This document shows positions 17,606 to 27,067 of a DNA stretch of 64,000 bases, piece by piece. Both the position numbers and the translations under genes were made by a program. Source of the stretch: a phage; the sequence record PZ053912.1, one strand, 5' to 3'. The notes under the pieces were generated by a model that worked only from the letters and a program-made list of their open reading frames with translations, made no database searches and was not told the origin of the DNA. The stretch's first letter is position 1, and each line of letters opens with the position of its first letter.

Positions 17606-18025
17606 TTATGCGAAAGCAGCTGGGCTATATTTTTTAATTTGGAATTCAGGAACTACCATGAACTGACCAGCGAAAACGATGTTATAAAGCTTAACACCAT
17701 CTTCTACCCAACGGTCGCTAATAAATCCGGCGATTTGCTTAGTTTTCCATGGCGTTCCATCAGTTGCCGCAGCAATAGTGAATTCATGGTCTTTTTCAAC
17801 AGAAACTGATCTGCATAGTCCCCATTTGAACGCTTTTTCTTCTGGCTCAATGAACTGGCTTGAGACGTAGCCAATATTACCATTAGCATCACGAACTTTA
17901 ACTTGGTTACGACCAAAAACCGGATCACTCACAGAAAGAACTTCAACCAGCTTCCCGGCAACTTTAGAGCGAGAAGCAACAGATACATATACGTAATCAC
18001 CTGTAGAGAGATTTACAATATTCAT
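17606..18025 (-). CDS. hypothetical protein, member of tandem paralog trio (139 aa)
   Basis: Shares C-terminal motif GFISD(R/Q)WVEDG.KLYNIVF.G.F.VV with the next two genes. Confidence 0.55.
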   Translation of the reverse strand: MNIVNLSTGDYVYVSVASRSKVAGKLVEVLSVSDPVFGRNQVKVRDANGNIGYVSSQFIEPEEKAFKWGLCRSVSVEKDHEFTIAAATDGTPWKTKQIAGFISDRWVEDGVKLYNIVFAGQFMVVPEFQIKKYSPAAFA

Positions 18026-18034
18026 AATAATTCC

Positions 18035-18490
18035 TTAAGCTTTACGAGGAGACACATAGCGAGTGATTTCAGATTCTTTAACAACTCGGAAGTCACCTAA
18101 GAATACGATATTGTATAACTTTTCACCATCTTCAACCCATTGGTCACTGATGAAGCCGCACATAATATCAGTTTTGTTTGGATAACCATATTCGTCGATG
18201 AAATCAAATTCTTTATCAGTCCGGAATTCAACGCCTTTGCAAAGGGCCCATTTGAACTGTACATTAGGTTCAGTAGAAGCAAAATGAGCGCTCACATGAG
18301 TTTCCAAGAATTTAGGACTTACGTAAGCGTACTGAGTTTCAGTTTTTCCAGAACTAGGAATGATTCGAACTTTAACTTCTTTAACACGTCCAGTACCATT
18401 AGTACGAAGTCCTACCACTTCAACTAGACGACCTGCAGCTTTAGAACGAGATGCAGACGATACACGCTTAATTTCACCAATAGTAATCAT
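18035..18490 (-). CDS. hypothetical protein, tandem paralog (151 aa from ATG 18490)
   Basis: As above; track start 18553 trimmed to internal ATG. Confidence 0.5.
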   Translation of the reverse strand: MITIGEIKRVSSASRSKAAGRLVEVVGLRTNGTGRVKEVKVRIIPSSGKTETQYAYVSPKFLETHVSAHFASTEPNVQFKWALCKGVEFRTDKEFDFIDEYGYPNKTDIMCGFISDQWVEDGEKLYNIVFLGDFRVVKESEITRYVSPRKA

Positions 18491-18520
18491 AATTTCTCTC
18501 TCTTTGTTTAAATTGAATTC

Positions 18521-18550
18521 ATTATACTCCATCCATCCTTGGATGTACAA
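18521..18550 (-). promoter_or_regulatory. early promoter (TTGTACA-N17-TATAAT), attatactccatccatccttgg cassette
   Basis: Read from sequence. Confidence 0.45.
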
Positions 18551-18552
18551 CA

Positions 18553-19047
18553 TTAATTAAGGATATTAACCACAGCACTACGTGGAACTACACTAAAATC
18601 ACCTGCATGAACAACGTTCAGAAGTTCAACACCGTCTTCAATCCACTGATCAGTTACCCATCCATTTACTGGACCTGCGAACGGACGTCGAATTGAAACA
18701 TATTTACACAACAAATCAGTAGGCTCAATAGGCTTAATCAGAGTACCGTACATACAAGCGATATCCATATCAATACAGATATCTTTAACGGGTTCTACTT
18801 CTTCAATCAACAGTTCAAAGTCGGTGCTTGGAAGGGCGGTAGTAGAAATTGTACCATATGAATTTTTAATTTCTAAGAATAACCAAGGGCCTTCAACTTG
18901 TTTGATGAAGTTAACAATAGTGAAACTATTACCTTGAGTGGCACCTAAAATTTCACAAAACTTTTCATAAGCTCGCACTGAAGCACCGTACCAGTTGATT
19001 TGTTTTTCATCTTTCAGGATGTAAGTAGCCGTTGTATTGATATTCAT
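18553..19047 (-). CDS. hypothetical protein, tandem paralog (164 aa from ATG 19047)
   Basis: C-terminal GWVTDQWIEDGVELLNVVHAGDFSVV; AGGAAA SD; track start 19089 is TTG. Confidence 0.5.
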   Translation of the reverse strand: MNINTTATYILKDEKQINWYGASVRAYEKFCEILGATQGNSFTIVNFIKQVEGPWLFLEIKNSYGTISTTALPSTDFELLIEEVEPVKDICIDMDIACMYGTLIKPIEPTDLLCKYVSIRRPFAGPVNGWVTDQWIEDGVELLNVVHAGDFSVVPRSAVVNILN

Positions 19048-19077
19048 AATGTTTTCCTGTTTGGTTAAGATAGAAAG

Positions 19078-19107
19078 ATTATACTCCAACCATCCTTGGT
19101 TGTAAAC
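19078..19107 (-). promoter_or_regulatory. early promoter (GTTTACA-N17-TATAAT) within 46-bp cassette repeated at 60172-60217
   Basis: Read from sequence. Confidence 0.5.
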
Positions 19108-19112
19108 TGGTT

Positions 19113-19790
19113 TTATCGCTGTTTTACACTTAACAGGTCAGGATTCTCAGGGACATCTTCAAGGCCAAGCGCATAACGCTGAGCATATTTTAACATCAAA
19201 ATATCTTTAGCACAATCGTGAATACTATCATGGGCAACGAATCCTTTTAGCGTACCCATCGGTAATGGACACATACTTAATCCTCGTGTCAACGAGTAAG
19301 CTTCGATTGCTGTACGAATATCACGTTGAGCCCAGAATTTAACTGGTTCTAATTTATCAGTATCAATATCTGGTTCAAGAACACCTTCATCACGATAGAG
19401 GTCACGAATCAAATCGACCAAGATCGGGAAGTCAAAGCTCATACCACGGCACCACATCTGTGATTTCCATTGGTCAACTTTATTAGCTCGACAATAATCT
19501 AAAAAGATTTTAATGCCTTCAAGCGTAGTGACATCGTCTTCAGACGGAGTCAAGTTTTTACGCGCTTCTGCTGATTGTTCTTTCCACCATTTCATAGTGG
19601 ATTTAGCGAAAACTCGCTTCCCTTTCTGAGAAGCTAAATTAAATTTAATTCGCTTACCTCGTTGAACAAGTTCTTCAAATGATTCAACAACTTCTGGGTC
19701 GGAATTATATGCAATAACCGCAAGGTCAATAACAGCCGCTTTTGATGTATTGCCGAATGTTTCAAAATCTATAATAACATCAGTGCTCAT
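19113..19790 (-). CDS. dexA: exonuclease A (DEDDh 3'-5' exonuclease)
   Basis: 225 aa (T4 227); N-terminal IDFETFG exonuclease motif; upstream of dda as in T4. Confidence 0.85.
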   Translation of the reverse strand: MSTDVIIDFETFGNTSKAAVIDLAVIAYNSDPEVVESFEELVQRGKRIKFNLASQKGKRVFAKSTMKWWKEQSAEARKNLTPSEDDVTTLEGIKIFLDYCRANKVDQWKSQMWCRGMSFDFPILVDLIRDLYRDEGVLEPDIDTDKLEPVKFWAQRDIRTAIEAYSLTRGLSMCPLPMGTLKGFVAHDSIHDCAKDILMLKYAQRYALGLEDVPENPDLLSVKQR

Positions 19791-19799
19791 AATTTTCTC

Positions 19800-21113
19800 T
19801 CAAATAAAATGGACGTCAAACCGGCCACGAGTTGTGCCGACATACAATAACTGTTTAGCTAATTCTGAATCGGCATAATGGATACATGGTGTATAAACAA
19901 AGGCCGTGTCAACAGACATACCCTGGGCCTTATGGAAGGTTGATACTGGTAGTGCCTTCACCTTAGTGAACATACGTTTAGCATCCCAGAATTCGCTCCA
20001 TGGAGCTTTACCACCTTTATTCCAGAATTTGTATGTTTCTGCTGTCTTAGCCAAAAACAAATTGAATTTATAAAGCTCTTCTTCAGAAGAAATAACCTTT
20101 ATATCTTCACGGATGTATTCTTCATCATCCCCATATGTTTCTACTGTAAGATTCCAATATCGTATCATATATTCGCCCGAAACACCACGTGCTTTAACGA
20201 ATGTAGACGTTTCTACAGCATCTCGAATACGAACGAATTGCCCGTTATTGAAAAGCATTTCGGTCATATTTTTACCATCTAGCTTATATGTCTTAGTAAA
20301 TGGCTCTTGTAGAACAATGACTTCGTCTTTAATAAATGGTTTTTCTGTTTCAAGAAGTTTTCGGCGAATAATTGAATTTAACTTGTCCACCGACTTATTT
20401 GTGAATGCCATCATTCGATTTTCGAAAAGGTCTTCAGGAGTTTTAACGACGTTAAAATAGTTCATCATATACGATTTAAGGTCTGTATATCCATGAACAC
20501 CATGCCCATCAACTACTTTATCGTAAATCCATTTGCCATTACGAATATCAGTAGCAACATCAATAATTGGTGCATTGCTACGTTTAACTTCTGTAAGGTT
20601 GCATTGCACGAAGTCTTTGTGAGTGAAGAAAGGACTTAGATATGCAGTTGATTCGCCTGGGTCTACCGGACGAATCTGGCACCGGTCGCCGATTCCAATT
20701 ACTGTACACCATTTAGGGATACTAGCTAACATTATTTTAAACAGAGAACGGTCGCACATTGACGCTTCATCAAATAACAGTACACGGCACAAGGCTAAGT
20801 CGGGAACCTTTTTCTGTTCAAACAATACGTTTTCTTCGTATGTAGTTGGGTTGATTTTAAGAATGCTATGAATAGTCGATGCTTCTTGACCCGCAAGTTT
20901 GCTTAGAACCTTTTTAGCGGCATGTGTAGGGGCTGCTAAAATAATACCTGATTCTCCAGAAGAAATAAGGGCTTCAACGATGAATCTAGTAAGGGTTGTT
21001 TTACCTGTACCAGCAGGCCCATTAATAGTTACGTGATGTTTCTTTTCTTTAATAGCGTTCATAACAACGTTGAAGGCGTTTTTCTGGCCTTCAGTCAAAT
21101 CATCAAATGTCAT
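19800..21113 (-). CDS. dda: Dda DNA helicase (SF1B)
   Basis: 437 aa; MTFDDLTEGQKNAFN.., GPAGTGKTT Walker A, matches T4 Dda. Confidence 0.9.
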   Translation of the reverse strand: MTFDDLTEGQKNAFNVVMNAIKEKKHHVTINGPAGTGKTTLTRFIVEALISSGESGIILAAPTHAAKKVLSKLAGQEASTIHSILKINPTTYEENVLFEQKKVPDLALCRVLLFDEASMCDRSLFKIMLASIPKWCTVIGIGDRCQIRPVDPGESTAYLSPFFTHKDFVQCNLTEVKRSNAPIIDVATDIRNGKWIYDKVVDGHGVHGYTDLKSYMMNYFNVVKTPEDLFENRMMAFTNKSVDKLNSIIRRKLLETEKPFIKDEVIVLQEPFTKTYKLDGKNMTEMLFNNGQFVRIRDAVETSTFVKARGVSGEYMIRYWNLTVETYGDDEEYIREDIKVISSEEELYKFNLFLAKTAETYKFWNKGGKAPWSEFWDAKRMFTKVKALPVSTFHKAQGMSVDTAFVYTPCIHYADSELAKQLLYVGTTRGRFDVHFI

Positions 21114-21421
21114 CGTAAAGTCCCTGCAATTGGAATACTAACAATACGGCCTGTATCCAGGATTCGTTGATACAATTTTTGCGTCTCCGCATCTAGTTTA
21201 ATGTGTTTCATTTCAAGCTTATTAAACCAGAACTTACGCGGAGTTTCGACCATTCTTAGAACTCCCATTTTTAAATCTGTTTTATACTGTGTTTTCAAAG
21301 TATCGAAAACTTTATCTGCAATATCCTTTCTAAAAAATACTGCAGGACGATGCTCATCAAGTGGAACTGGGACAGTAAATCCTTCCATATCTCGATAAAC
21401 TATTGCATATACATAAACCAT
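21110..21421 (-). CDS. dda.1: hypothetical protein (dda.1 position)
   Basis: ORF track 103 aa; ATGA overlap with dda. Confidence 0.5.
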   Translation of the reverse strand: MVYVYAIVYRDMEGFTVPVPLDEHRPAVFFRKDIADKVFDTLKTQYKTDLKMGVLRMVETPRKFWFNKLEMKHIKLDAETQKLYQRILDTGRIVSIPIAGTLR

Positions 21422-21423
21422 AA

Positions 21424-22170
21424 TTAACCTTTAATCAGTTGGAATAATGATGCGCTAAGTGGTAAGCCACGTTTCAATTTTAATTTACCAATGAAACCAA
21501 TCTTTTCAAAACGTTGCAGACCTTGGATAACTTTATCATATGTATCGAAAAGCGATTCAGCGTCAGTTAATTTAGTTTTAGTTTTCCAGTCAGAGCCTTT
21601 AAGAAGAACGTTGAGTTTAGTAAGTTCATGACCTTCTGCTTGATGTGAGCCATTAATGCGTGCTTTCAAAGCAACAATTCTAAGTTTAGATTCGTTAGAT
21701 AAAGGTTGATTTTTCATCATGTTCGCCATATGCTTAACACGATTTTCACGTTTTGCTCGGATTTTTAAAATAGTACCATAAACCTTTTTAATTTGGGCCC
21801 ATTTCTTCTCGTCGAGATTAAGTTTCTCTACTTTACGGGCAGAAGGATTAGCGATACGTCTTGCAATGGCATCACGTTTTTCAATAAGTTCTTCTAATGT
21901 TAAATCAGAACGAGCCGTGTTATATTTTTTCTTAACTGGGATAACATTACCTTTAATGTAGCCGATATCGTTATTAAAACGTTCTAAGGATAATTTCTCA
22001 CCTTCAACAGAGTTATTGAAAGATTCACCTGAGTAAGCGCAGACCTTTTGATCAAGAATGTTTTTAAGGTAATTAAAATCTAAGTTAAAATCCTTAGAGC
22101 GTCTCTTCGCAGAAGCTCTGGTGTGGTCAAGACGACGATTGATTTTGTTAATTTTATTATTTGATAACAT
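21424..22170 (-). CDS. hypothetical basic protein (size and position compatible with T4 srd)
   Basis: ORF track 248 aa; synteny only. Confidence 0.4.
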   Translation of the reverse strand: MLSNNKINKINRRLDHTRASAKRRSKDFNLDFNYLKNILDQKVCAYSGESFNNSVEGEKLSLERFNNDIGYIKGNVIPVKKKYNTARSDLTLEELIEKRDAIARRIANPSARKVEKLNLDEKKWAQIKKVYGTILKIRAKRENRVKHMANMMKNQPLSNESKLRIVALKARINGSHQAEGHELTKLNVLLKGSDWKTKTKLTDAESLFDTYDKVIQGLQRFEKIGFIGKLKLKRGLPLSASLFQLIKG

Positions 22171-22219
22171 AATATTTTCCTCTGTCTTACGGACGTTAGG
22201 TCATTTATCTGATAGGTCT

Positions 22220-22248
22220 ATAATATCATGCCCTCAGGTAGTGTACAC
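22220..22248 (-). promoter_or_regulatory. early promoter (TGTACA-N17-TATTAT), ataggtctataat cassette
   Basis: Read from sequence. Confidence 0.45.
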
Positions 22249-22321
22249 TCTTTTTCATAAAATGCTTTAATTTTTTATGTGTTATAATGGTTCTGAGTTC
22301 CATTCGGTTATTCCAATTCAG

Positions 22322-22930
22322 TCAGTAACTGACAATAGACAGATTCCAGATTGTATAACGTCCATCCTGAATAATAGAATCTACACGCAGTGTAGTCCCT
22401 ATAGGGAGCATAAATTCACATTCGTCGGATATAAGTCTAGCATTAGACCGTCTTGTCGCTTCAGGGAAAGCTCCATTGAACTCACAAGATGGCGCAGCCA
22501 GAATCATGTTAAGCATATGTTCACGGAAGTTGAAAGCAAATGGTGCATCTTTGATGCAGAACATAGTAAATGTTCCGTAAAAATTATACGAAGCAAAGTT
22601 ACGTGCTACACCGAACACTGGGCTGAAGCTCATTACTCTGTCAAATTTAATAATACTACCAATGCCTTTATCATCGAGTGTGGCCATAGTTTTCTTAGAG
22701 ATTCCACGATACATTGTCTCAGGAACAGAAGACGTCCAATTTCTACGAACAATTGCACTTAAATCTTGTTGGATGCTATCAGGCTTGTTTTCCATACACT
22801 GCCACAGTACACTTTGTTCAATGTCGCTGAATTGACTATCAATTTCGTACTGCAATACATCTTGATATTCGGGGTTTTGAGCACGACGAACCATTTCTTC
22901 AATTTCACATTCATTATACGGCATAAACAT
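22322..22930 (-). CDS. modA: ADP-ribosyltransferase, ModA/ModB family
   Basis: 202 aa; R-S-ExE signature (MYRGIS, SFSP, ECEFMLP); position as T4 modA/modB. Confidence 0.7.
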   Translation of the reverse strand: MFMPYNECEIEEMVRRAQNPEYQDVLQYEIDSQFSDIEQSVLWQCMENKPDSIQQDLSAIVRRNWTSSVPETMYRGISKKTMATLDDKGIGSIIKFDRVMSFSPVFGVARNFASYNFYGTFTMFCIKDAPFAFNFREHMLNMILAAPSCEFNGAFPEATRRSNARLISDECEFMLPIGTTLRVDSIIQDGRYTIWNLSIVSY

Positions 22931-22958
22931 TTAGGTTTCTCCTGTGGTTGATAAAAGT

Positions 22959-22987
22959 ATAGTATCATCGTCAGTAGAGTTTGTACA
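22959..22987 (-). promoter_or_regulatory. early promoter (TGTACA-N17-TACTAT)
   Basis: Read from sequence. Confidence 0.4.
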
Positions 22988-23277
22988 CTAAAAATTCAAC
23001 ATTTTCAAATGAATGATTTTGTTAGGTATTCGCGTTCTTGAAGTTCAGATTGACATGTCATGATAGACCTCCATTTAAAGATAAGCCTATCATAACACGA
23101 GAGGAGGGAATGTAAACTACTTTTTAAGCTTTCCTACTAAAGGTCCATCAGGACCTGGTTGTTCTAACATGAATAATGATGCTTTAAAAAGCAATGCCAA
23201 CCCTTTCACCATTCGATACCATGTCTCAAAGTCTTTTTCCTTGATTTCTAGTAAGAATTTCTCTTTAAATTTCTCTT

Positions 23278-23466
23278 TCATTTCCAAGGACTCCATGGTG
23301 GAGGGTCGTCATAATAAGAGGCAAGGTCTTTCAGGGCTTCAACAGGTAAACTAAAGCCGTGTCGTTGTATAATACTATCTAGTTCATCAATAAGTTCACT
23401 ACGATGCACTTTAGGAGCCTCAACTTCAGGCTCATCAAACATACTCATCAAGTCCATATTATTCAC
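23278..23466 (-). CDS. hypothetical acidic small protein
   Basis: ORF track 62 aa. Confidence 0.35.
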   Translation of the reverse strand: MNNMDLMSMFDEPEVEAPKVHRSELIDELDSIIQRHGFSLPVEALKDLASYYDDPPPWSPWK

Positions 23467-23923
23467 CGAGATAAAAACTAGCAGGTTCAGAGAATGTTTC
23501 TAGTGCTACACCTTTTGTCTTAAAAAATTTCCAAATAGCTCGTTGCAAATGGGTTAAATCTGCTAATGATGTAATAAAGTATTTTTTAGCAAAATACTTA
23601 TGGTCTCGCTTTTCAAACAGGTCTAAACGCTTTTCTGGATTCACATAAACTGCATTTTCCGTAGATTCATAACCTAAGTCCTTTATGCCTTCTTCAAGAC
23701 TAAACGGAGAATTTTTAGAATGAGTAATAGCTCCAACTCGCTCTACACGAATTTTGTAACCTTTAGGAATCTGCAATTTGCAGAATTCTTCTACGATATA
23801 TTGCGGATTATTTAGACTTTTGTTAATGAGAATAGCTATTTCTAGTGGAGTCTTATCTTCTACTGGTATATGTTTAAACGACTTGGCTTCAAGCAAATAC
23901 ATTTTAAATAACATAGCATCCAT
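23459..23923 (-). CDS. hypothetical protein (154 aa; mrh-region position)
   Basis: ORF track. Confidence 0.45.
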   Translation of the reverse strand: MDAMLFKMYLLEAKSFKHIPVEDKTPLEIAILINKSLNNPQYIVEEFCKLQIPKGYKIRVERVGAITHSKNSPFSLEEGIKDLGYESTENAVYVNPEKRLDLFEKRDHKYFAKKYFITSLADLTHLQRAIWKFFKTKGVALETFSEPASFYLGE

Positions 23924-24098
23924 TACAATTTCCTCGATGGTTCACCCATATAAAGTTTTACAATACGTTCGCCTTCATCTTCGATGAGCTTCTCTTCGTG
24001 TTTCTGGAATTCTTTAGCCATATTCTCTTCAAGAACATCCAGCCAATCTTCTGGACCGACACCATCGTCCCAGCTTTTAAACCATTTAACTATCTTGT

Positions 24099-24300
24099 TC
24101 ATTCGCAGCTCCCTGAGCTTGAATCACAATCAGAATAACTTGACCCAGAATCACCAGACCAAGACGATACGTATGAATGATTATAATCGGAAGAGCTTGA
24201 AGCATTAACCTGTTTTGTTTTTGGACGAACAACTTCTTCCATCATTCCGTCGCCGATATATTCCCAACTTTTTTCGTGTGTATCAGGAATCGGCATCATA
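24099..24300 (-). CDS. small protein with Ser/Asp-rich C-terminal tail (66 aa from ATG 24300)
   Basis: AAGGT SD; tail SSSSDYNHSYVSSWSGDSGSSYSDCDSSSGSCE. Confidence 0.35.
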
Positions 24301-24312
24301 CCTTCGCCTGGT

Positions 24313-24540
24313 TTAACAGCAAACAACTTCTTCAGCATCGTAAGCATTAATTGTTCCTCGAACAAAACGAACACCACCGTCATCCCAACGGATTTCGGCA
24401 TTAAATTTGACGTCTTCACCATCCATCATGAACGAGTGTACGACTACGTCATCATAATATCCAAGGCCGTATTTCAACGAAACTTCTTGAGCAATCAAAG
24501 CACCTAATGTGTTATTAGGTTTAATCCAACGATTTAACAT
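24313..24540 (-). CDS. hypothetical protein (75 aa from ATG 24540)
   Basis: AGGAG SD; promoter-like cassette just upstream. Confidence 0.4.
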   Translation of the reverse strand: MLNRWIKPNNTLGALIAQEVSLKYGLGYYDDVVVHSFMMDGEDVKFNAEIRWDDGGVRFVRGTINAYDAEEVVCC

Positions 24541-24568
24541 ATTGTTCTCCTCTTGAGTAAGTAAGAAT

Positions 24569-24598
24569 ATCTTAACACAGTTTTTAGTGGTTGTAAAC
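24569..24598 (-). promoter_or_regulatory. promoter-like element (GTTTACA-N17-TAAGAT)
   Basis: Read from sequence. Confidence 0.35.
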
Positions 24599-24599
24599 T

Positions 24600-24630
24600 G
24601 TAGAAACAAAAAAGGAATCCCGAAGGATTC
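24600..24630 (-). terminator. CUUCGG hairpin (ggaatcccgaaggattcc) plus U6 run downstream of soc
   Basis: Read from sequence. Confidence 0.6.
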
Positions 24631-24640
24631 CTTAAATTAT

Positions 24641-24877
24641 TTAACCACTTACTGGTGTAGGGGTAAACATTGCAGCGTTCTTAGTTTTCCAATCAGCGGC
24701 ATCAGAAACTACAGTAGAATATGCTGCCTTTTCTGACGGAAAGATTTGATAATGAGAATCTGCAATACGATGTTCGTTTGAATAAATCTCAAACGGTACA
24801 GAAACTTCCATACCTTTAACTTCTTTACCTTCACCAGCAGGATGCGTAAAGGTTTTGATGTTTACATAACCACCCAT
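24641..24877 (-). CDS. soc: small outer capsid protein Soc
   Basis: 78 aa; GYVNIKTF.., HYQIFPSEKAAYSTV match T4 Soc. Confidence 0.85.
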   Translation of the reverse strand: MGGYVNIKTFTHPAGEGKEVKGMEVSVPFEIYSNEHRIADSHYQIFPSEKAAYSTVVSDAADWKTKNAAMFTPTPVSG

Positions 24878-24908
24878 AATAAACTCCTTTGTTGTTTAAT
24901 TACAGGTG

Positions 24909-24916
24909 TATTTATA
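24909..24916 (-). promoter_or_regulatory. late promoter TATAAATA (minus strand) upstream of soc
   Basis: Exact box about 32 nt upstream of soc ATG. Confidence 0.6.
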
Positions 24917-24918
24917 AC

Positions 24919-25200
24919 TTACAATTTGGCGGCTTGGACTGCTTTATTGGCTTCAGTCATTTTAGCTAGATTTTCAGCAGTAGGATTGGCAATGTATTCG
25001 GCTGTAGCTTGAGCAAAAACATTATGAGTTTCGATTACATTTTTAGCATTTTCAGTATTCATATCAATTTCTTGTTTAGATAAATTTTTTAGTTGATTGG
25101 CTAAGAGTTCTACAAAGATTTCAACATTAGCGTTTTCAATTATAGCATTAATATGCTTCTTACGAGCTTTCTTAAGTTGACGTTTATTTAAACGAGCCAT
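24919..25200 (-). CDS. hypothetical protein (93 aa)
   Basis: ORF track. Confidence 0.45.
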   Translation of the reverse strand: MARLNKRQLKKARKKHINAIIENANVEIFVELLANQLKNLSKQEIDMNTENAKNVIETHNVFAQATAEYIANPTAENLAKMTEANKAVQAAKL

Positions 25201-25721
25201 TAATAACCTCGGTCTTGGCGAGCAAAGTTCTCGGCATTTTTCAGGTAATACAGTTTAAAGATTTCTTCTGCTGTCAGACCAAGACCATGGAACATATTCA
25301 GAACAAAGTGCAGAATATCAATCATTTCGAATTTAATTTCGAGCTGGTCTTCAGGAGACAAATCGTTAATCAGGGTTTCACGACGTTCAGCATGTTGAGC
25401 TTTCCAAGGCTTCCATACAGCGCTCGCATCTTTTTCGCCATTGCTCATGCCACCAAGAGAAGTCAGAAGTTCGCGGAATTCATCATCAATATAATCTTTC
25501 TGATTACGCAGCCAATCAACAACATCGCCAGCAGTGGCTAATTCATCAGGATGTTTGTTATGTTCAGGCTTGTCATTTGCCAGACGAACCTGTAAAGATT
25601 TCTGCATATCAAGCATTACCTGCAGAGGGTCTTTATCTTCATGAATCAGAGCATTAAAATAAGCTTCTTCTGCTTTATCAACACCAGAAATAAGTTGTGA
25701 ACATTCGTTAAAGTGTGCCAT
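25200..25721 (-). CDS. 56: dCTPase/dUTPase gp56 (MazG-like)
   Basis: Start trimmed to ATG 25721 (MAHFNEC..) with AAGGA SD; size and sequence resemble T4 gp56. Confidence 0.8.
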   Translation of the reverse strand: MAHFNECSQLISGVDKAEEAYFNALIHEDKDPLQVMLDMQKSLQVRLANDKPEHNKHPDELATAGDVVDWLRNQKDYIDDEFRELLTSLGGMSNGEKDASAVWKPWKAQHAERRETLINDLSPEDQLEIKFEMIDILHFVLNMFHGLGLTAEEIFKLYYLKNAENFARQDRGY

Positions 25722-25811
25722 TATTTTTCCTTTCAATTCAGTATAAGAGAAGTTAATTCTAACATTAATTTTATAAAGCGTAATAAATAATAAGGTAACT
25801 AAGGAGATATT

Positions 25812-26009
25812 ATGTTTAAACTTCCATCGTTAATCAACGCTATTAAAGGCAATAAAAAGAAAACTGCTATCGCTGCAATAGTTGTAGGTGGCATTATTTC
25901 ATGGAACTTCGTGGTTGCGCCATTGTTAGTTGCCCATGGTATTATAGTTCCTTCTGTTCCATTGGATACTGTAGTTGATTTAGCCTTTGCTATTATAGGG
26001 CTTGTCTAA
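25812..26009 (+). CDS. small hydrophobic protein on the opposite strand (65 aa)
   Basis: Strong AAGGAG SD 5 nt upstream of ATG 25812; lies in a gap between 56 and 61. Confidence 0.4.
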   Translation: MFKLPSLINAIKGNKKKTAIAAIVVGGIISWNFVVAPLLVAHGIIVPSVPLDTVVDLAFAIIGLV

Positions 26010-27028
26010 ATCTTAGAATAACGAGATAATCTCATTTTAGCATGCAACCCACTTGAAATATTCTGTTTCATATATTCTAAAATTTCTTGTGGTGTTGCAT
26101 TTTCTTTCATTACCATATCATTCACATCCTTTGATCTCCATGGAGCTCGGTCCCAGAACATAACACGTTCGCCTGCATCAACTAATCGCTTCATGCGAGC
26201 TATAGTATCCGGATGCCTAGGTTCATTATCCATTACCCATACCCGACGTTCTTTAAATGGTACCACATCTAAATCTATTGAGCCGCCTGTAATAGCGATT
26301 GCATTGGGTATGAATAAACTATCAATAGGGCCTTCCATTACCCAGACGTCTCCTTCCTTAACACGTTCAACACCATAAATTTTTGTTGCAGACTCAAACG
26401 CTTTAATAGTGATATATTTCTGAGGAGCATCTTTACGAAGTGCACGTCCTTGGAATGACTCGGCCTTCCCATCTTTATTAAAAATAGGAATCACTAAACG
26501 TGGTTCGGGAATCTCTTTCTTATACGTACCAGGTTGAATCTTGTTGACCAATTTAGGCCATTCTAATGTGAACCATAATCTGTTCCACGATTCTTTAGGA
26601 ATACACCGAGACTTAACATATTTCACAATAGGATGCTCTTCGGGCAGCTTGTCCAGACGAGAACAAGACGGCAAAGAATTTATAGTCTTTTTCTCCGGTT
26701 CCGGTTTATGTTCAGGAACCTTTTCAATCTTTGGTTCCATTCTAGCTTTTTCTTTACGAACTTCCATTAGATATTCGCGATAAAGCTCTTCATCATACTC
26801 TTTTAAGTATCCGGAAATTGTATTGTGGTATTGACAATTATAGCAATGTACATTACCAGGAGTACCGCCATAATACCATCCACGAGCTTTCATTGCATCT
26901 GTCTGGGAGTCGCCACAAACTGGACAACGAAATGTTAATTTAAATGTACTTGAATTATTGATTTGTCTAAAACGAGGTAGGTGAGAAAACGCACGATAAG
27001 CAAATTCATTATCTATCCATTCAGCCAT
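26006..27028 (-). CDS. 61: DNA primase gp61
   Basis: 340 aa (T4 342); zinc finger CPVCGDS..CYNC; TOPRIM region. Confidence 0.9.
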   Translation of the reverse strand: MAEWIDNEFAYRAFSHLPRFRQINNSSTFKLTFRCPVCGDSQTDAMKARGWYYGGTPGNVHCYNCQYHNTISGYLKEYDEELYREYLMEVRKEKARMEPKIEKVPEHKPEPEKKTINSLPSCSRLDKLPEEHPIVKYVKSRCIPKESWNRLWFTLEWPKLVNKIQPGTYKKEIPEPRLVIPIFNKDGKAESFQGRALRKDAPQKYITIKAFESATKIYGVERVKEGDVWVMEGPIDSLFIPNAIAITGGSIDLDVVPFKERRVWVMDNEPRHPDTIARMKRLVDAGERVMFWDRAPWRSKDVNDMVMKENATPQEILEYMKQNISSGLHAKMRLSRYSKI

Positions 27029-27067
27029 AGTATTCTCCAGAGGCCTTAAATTAATAAGGCCATCATA

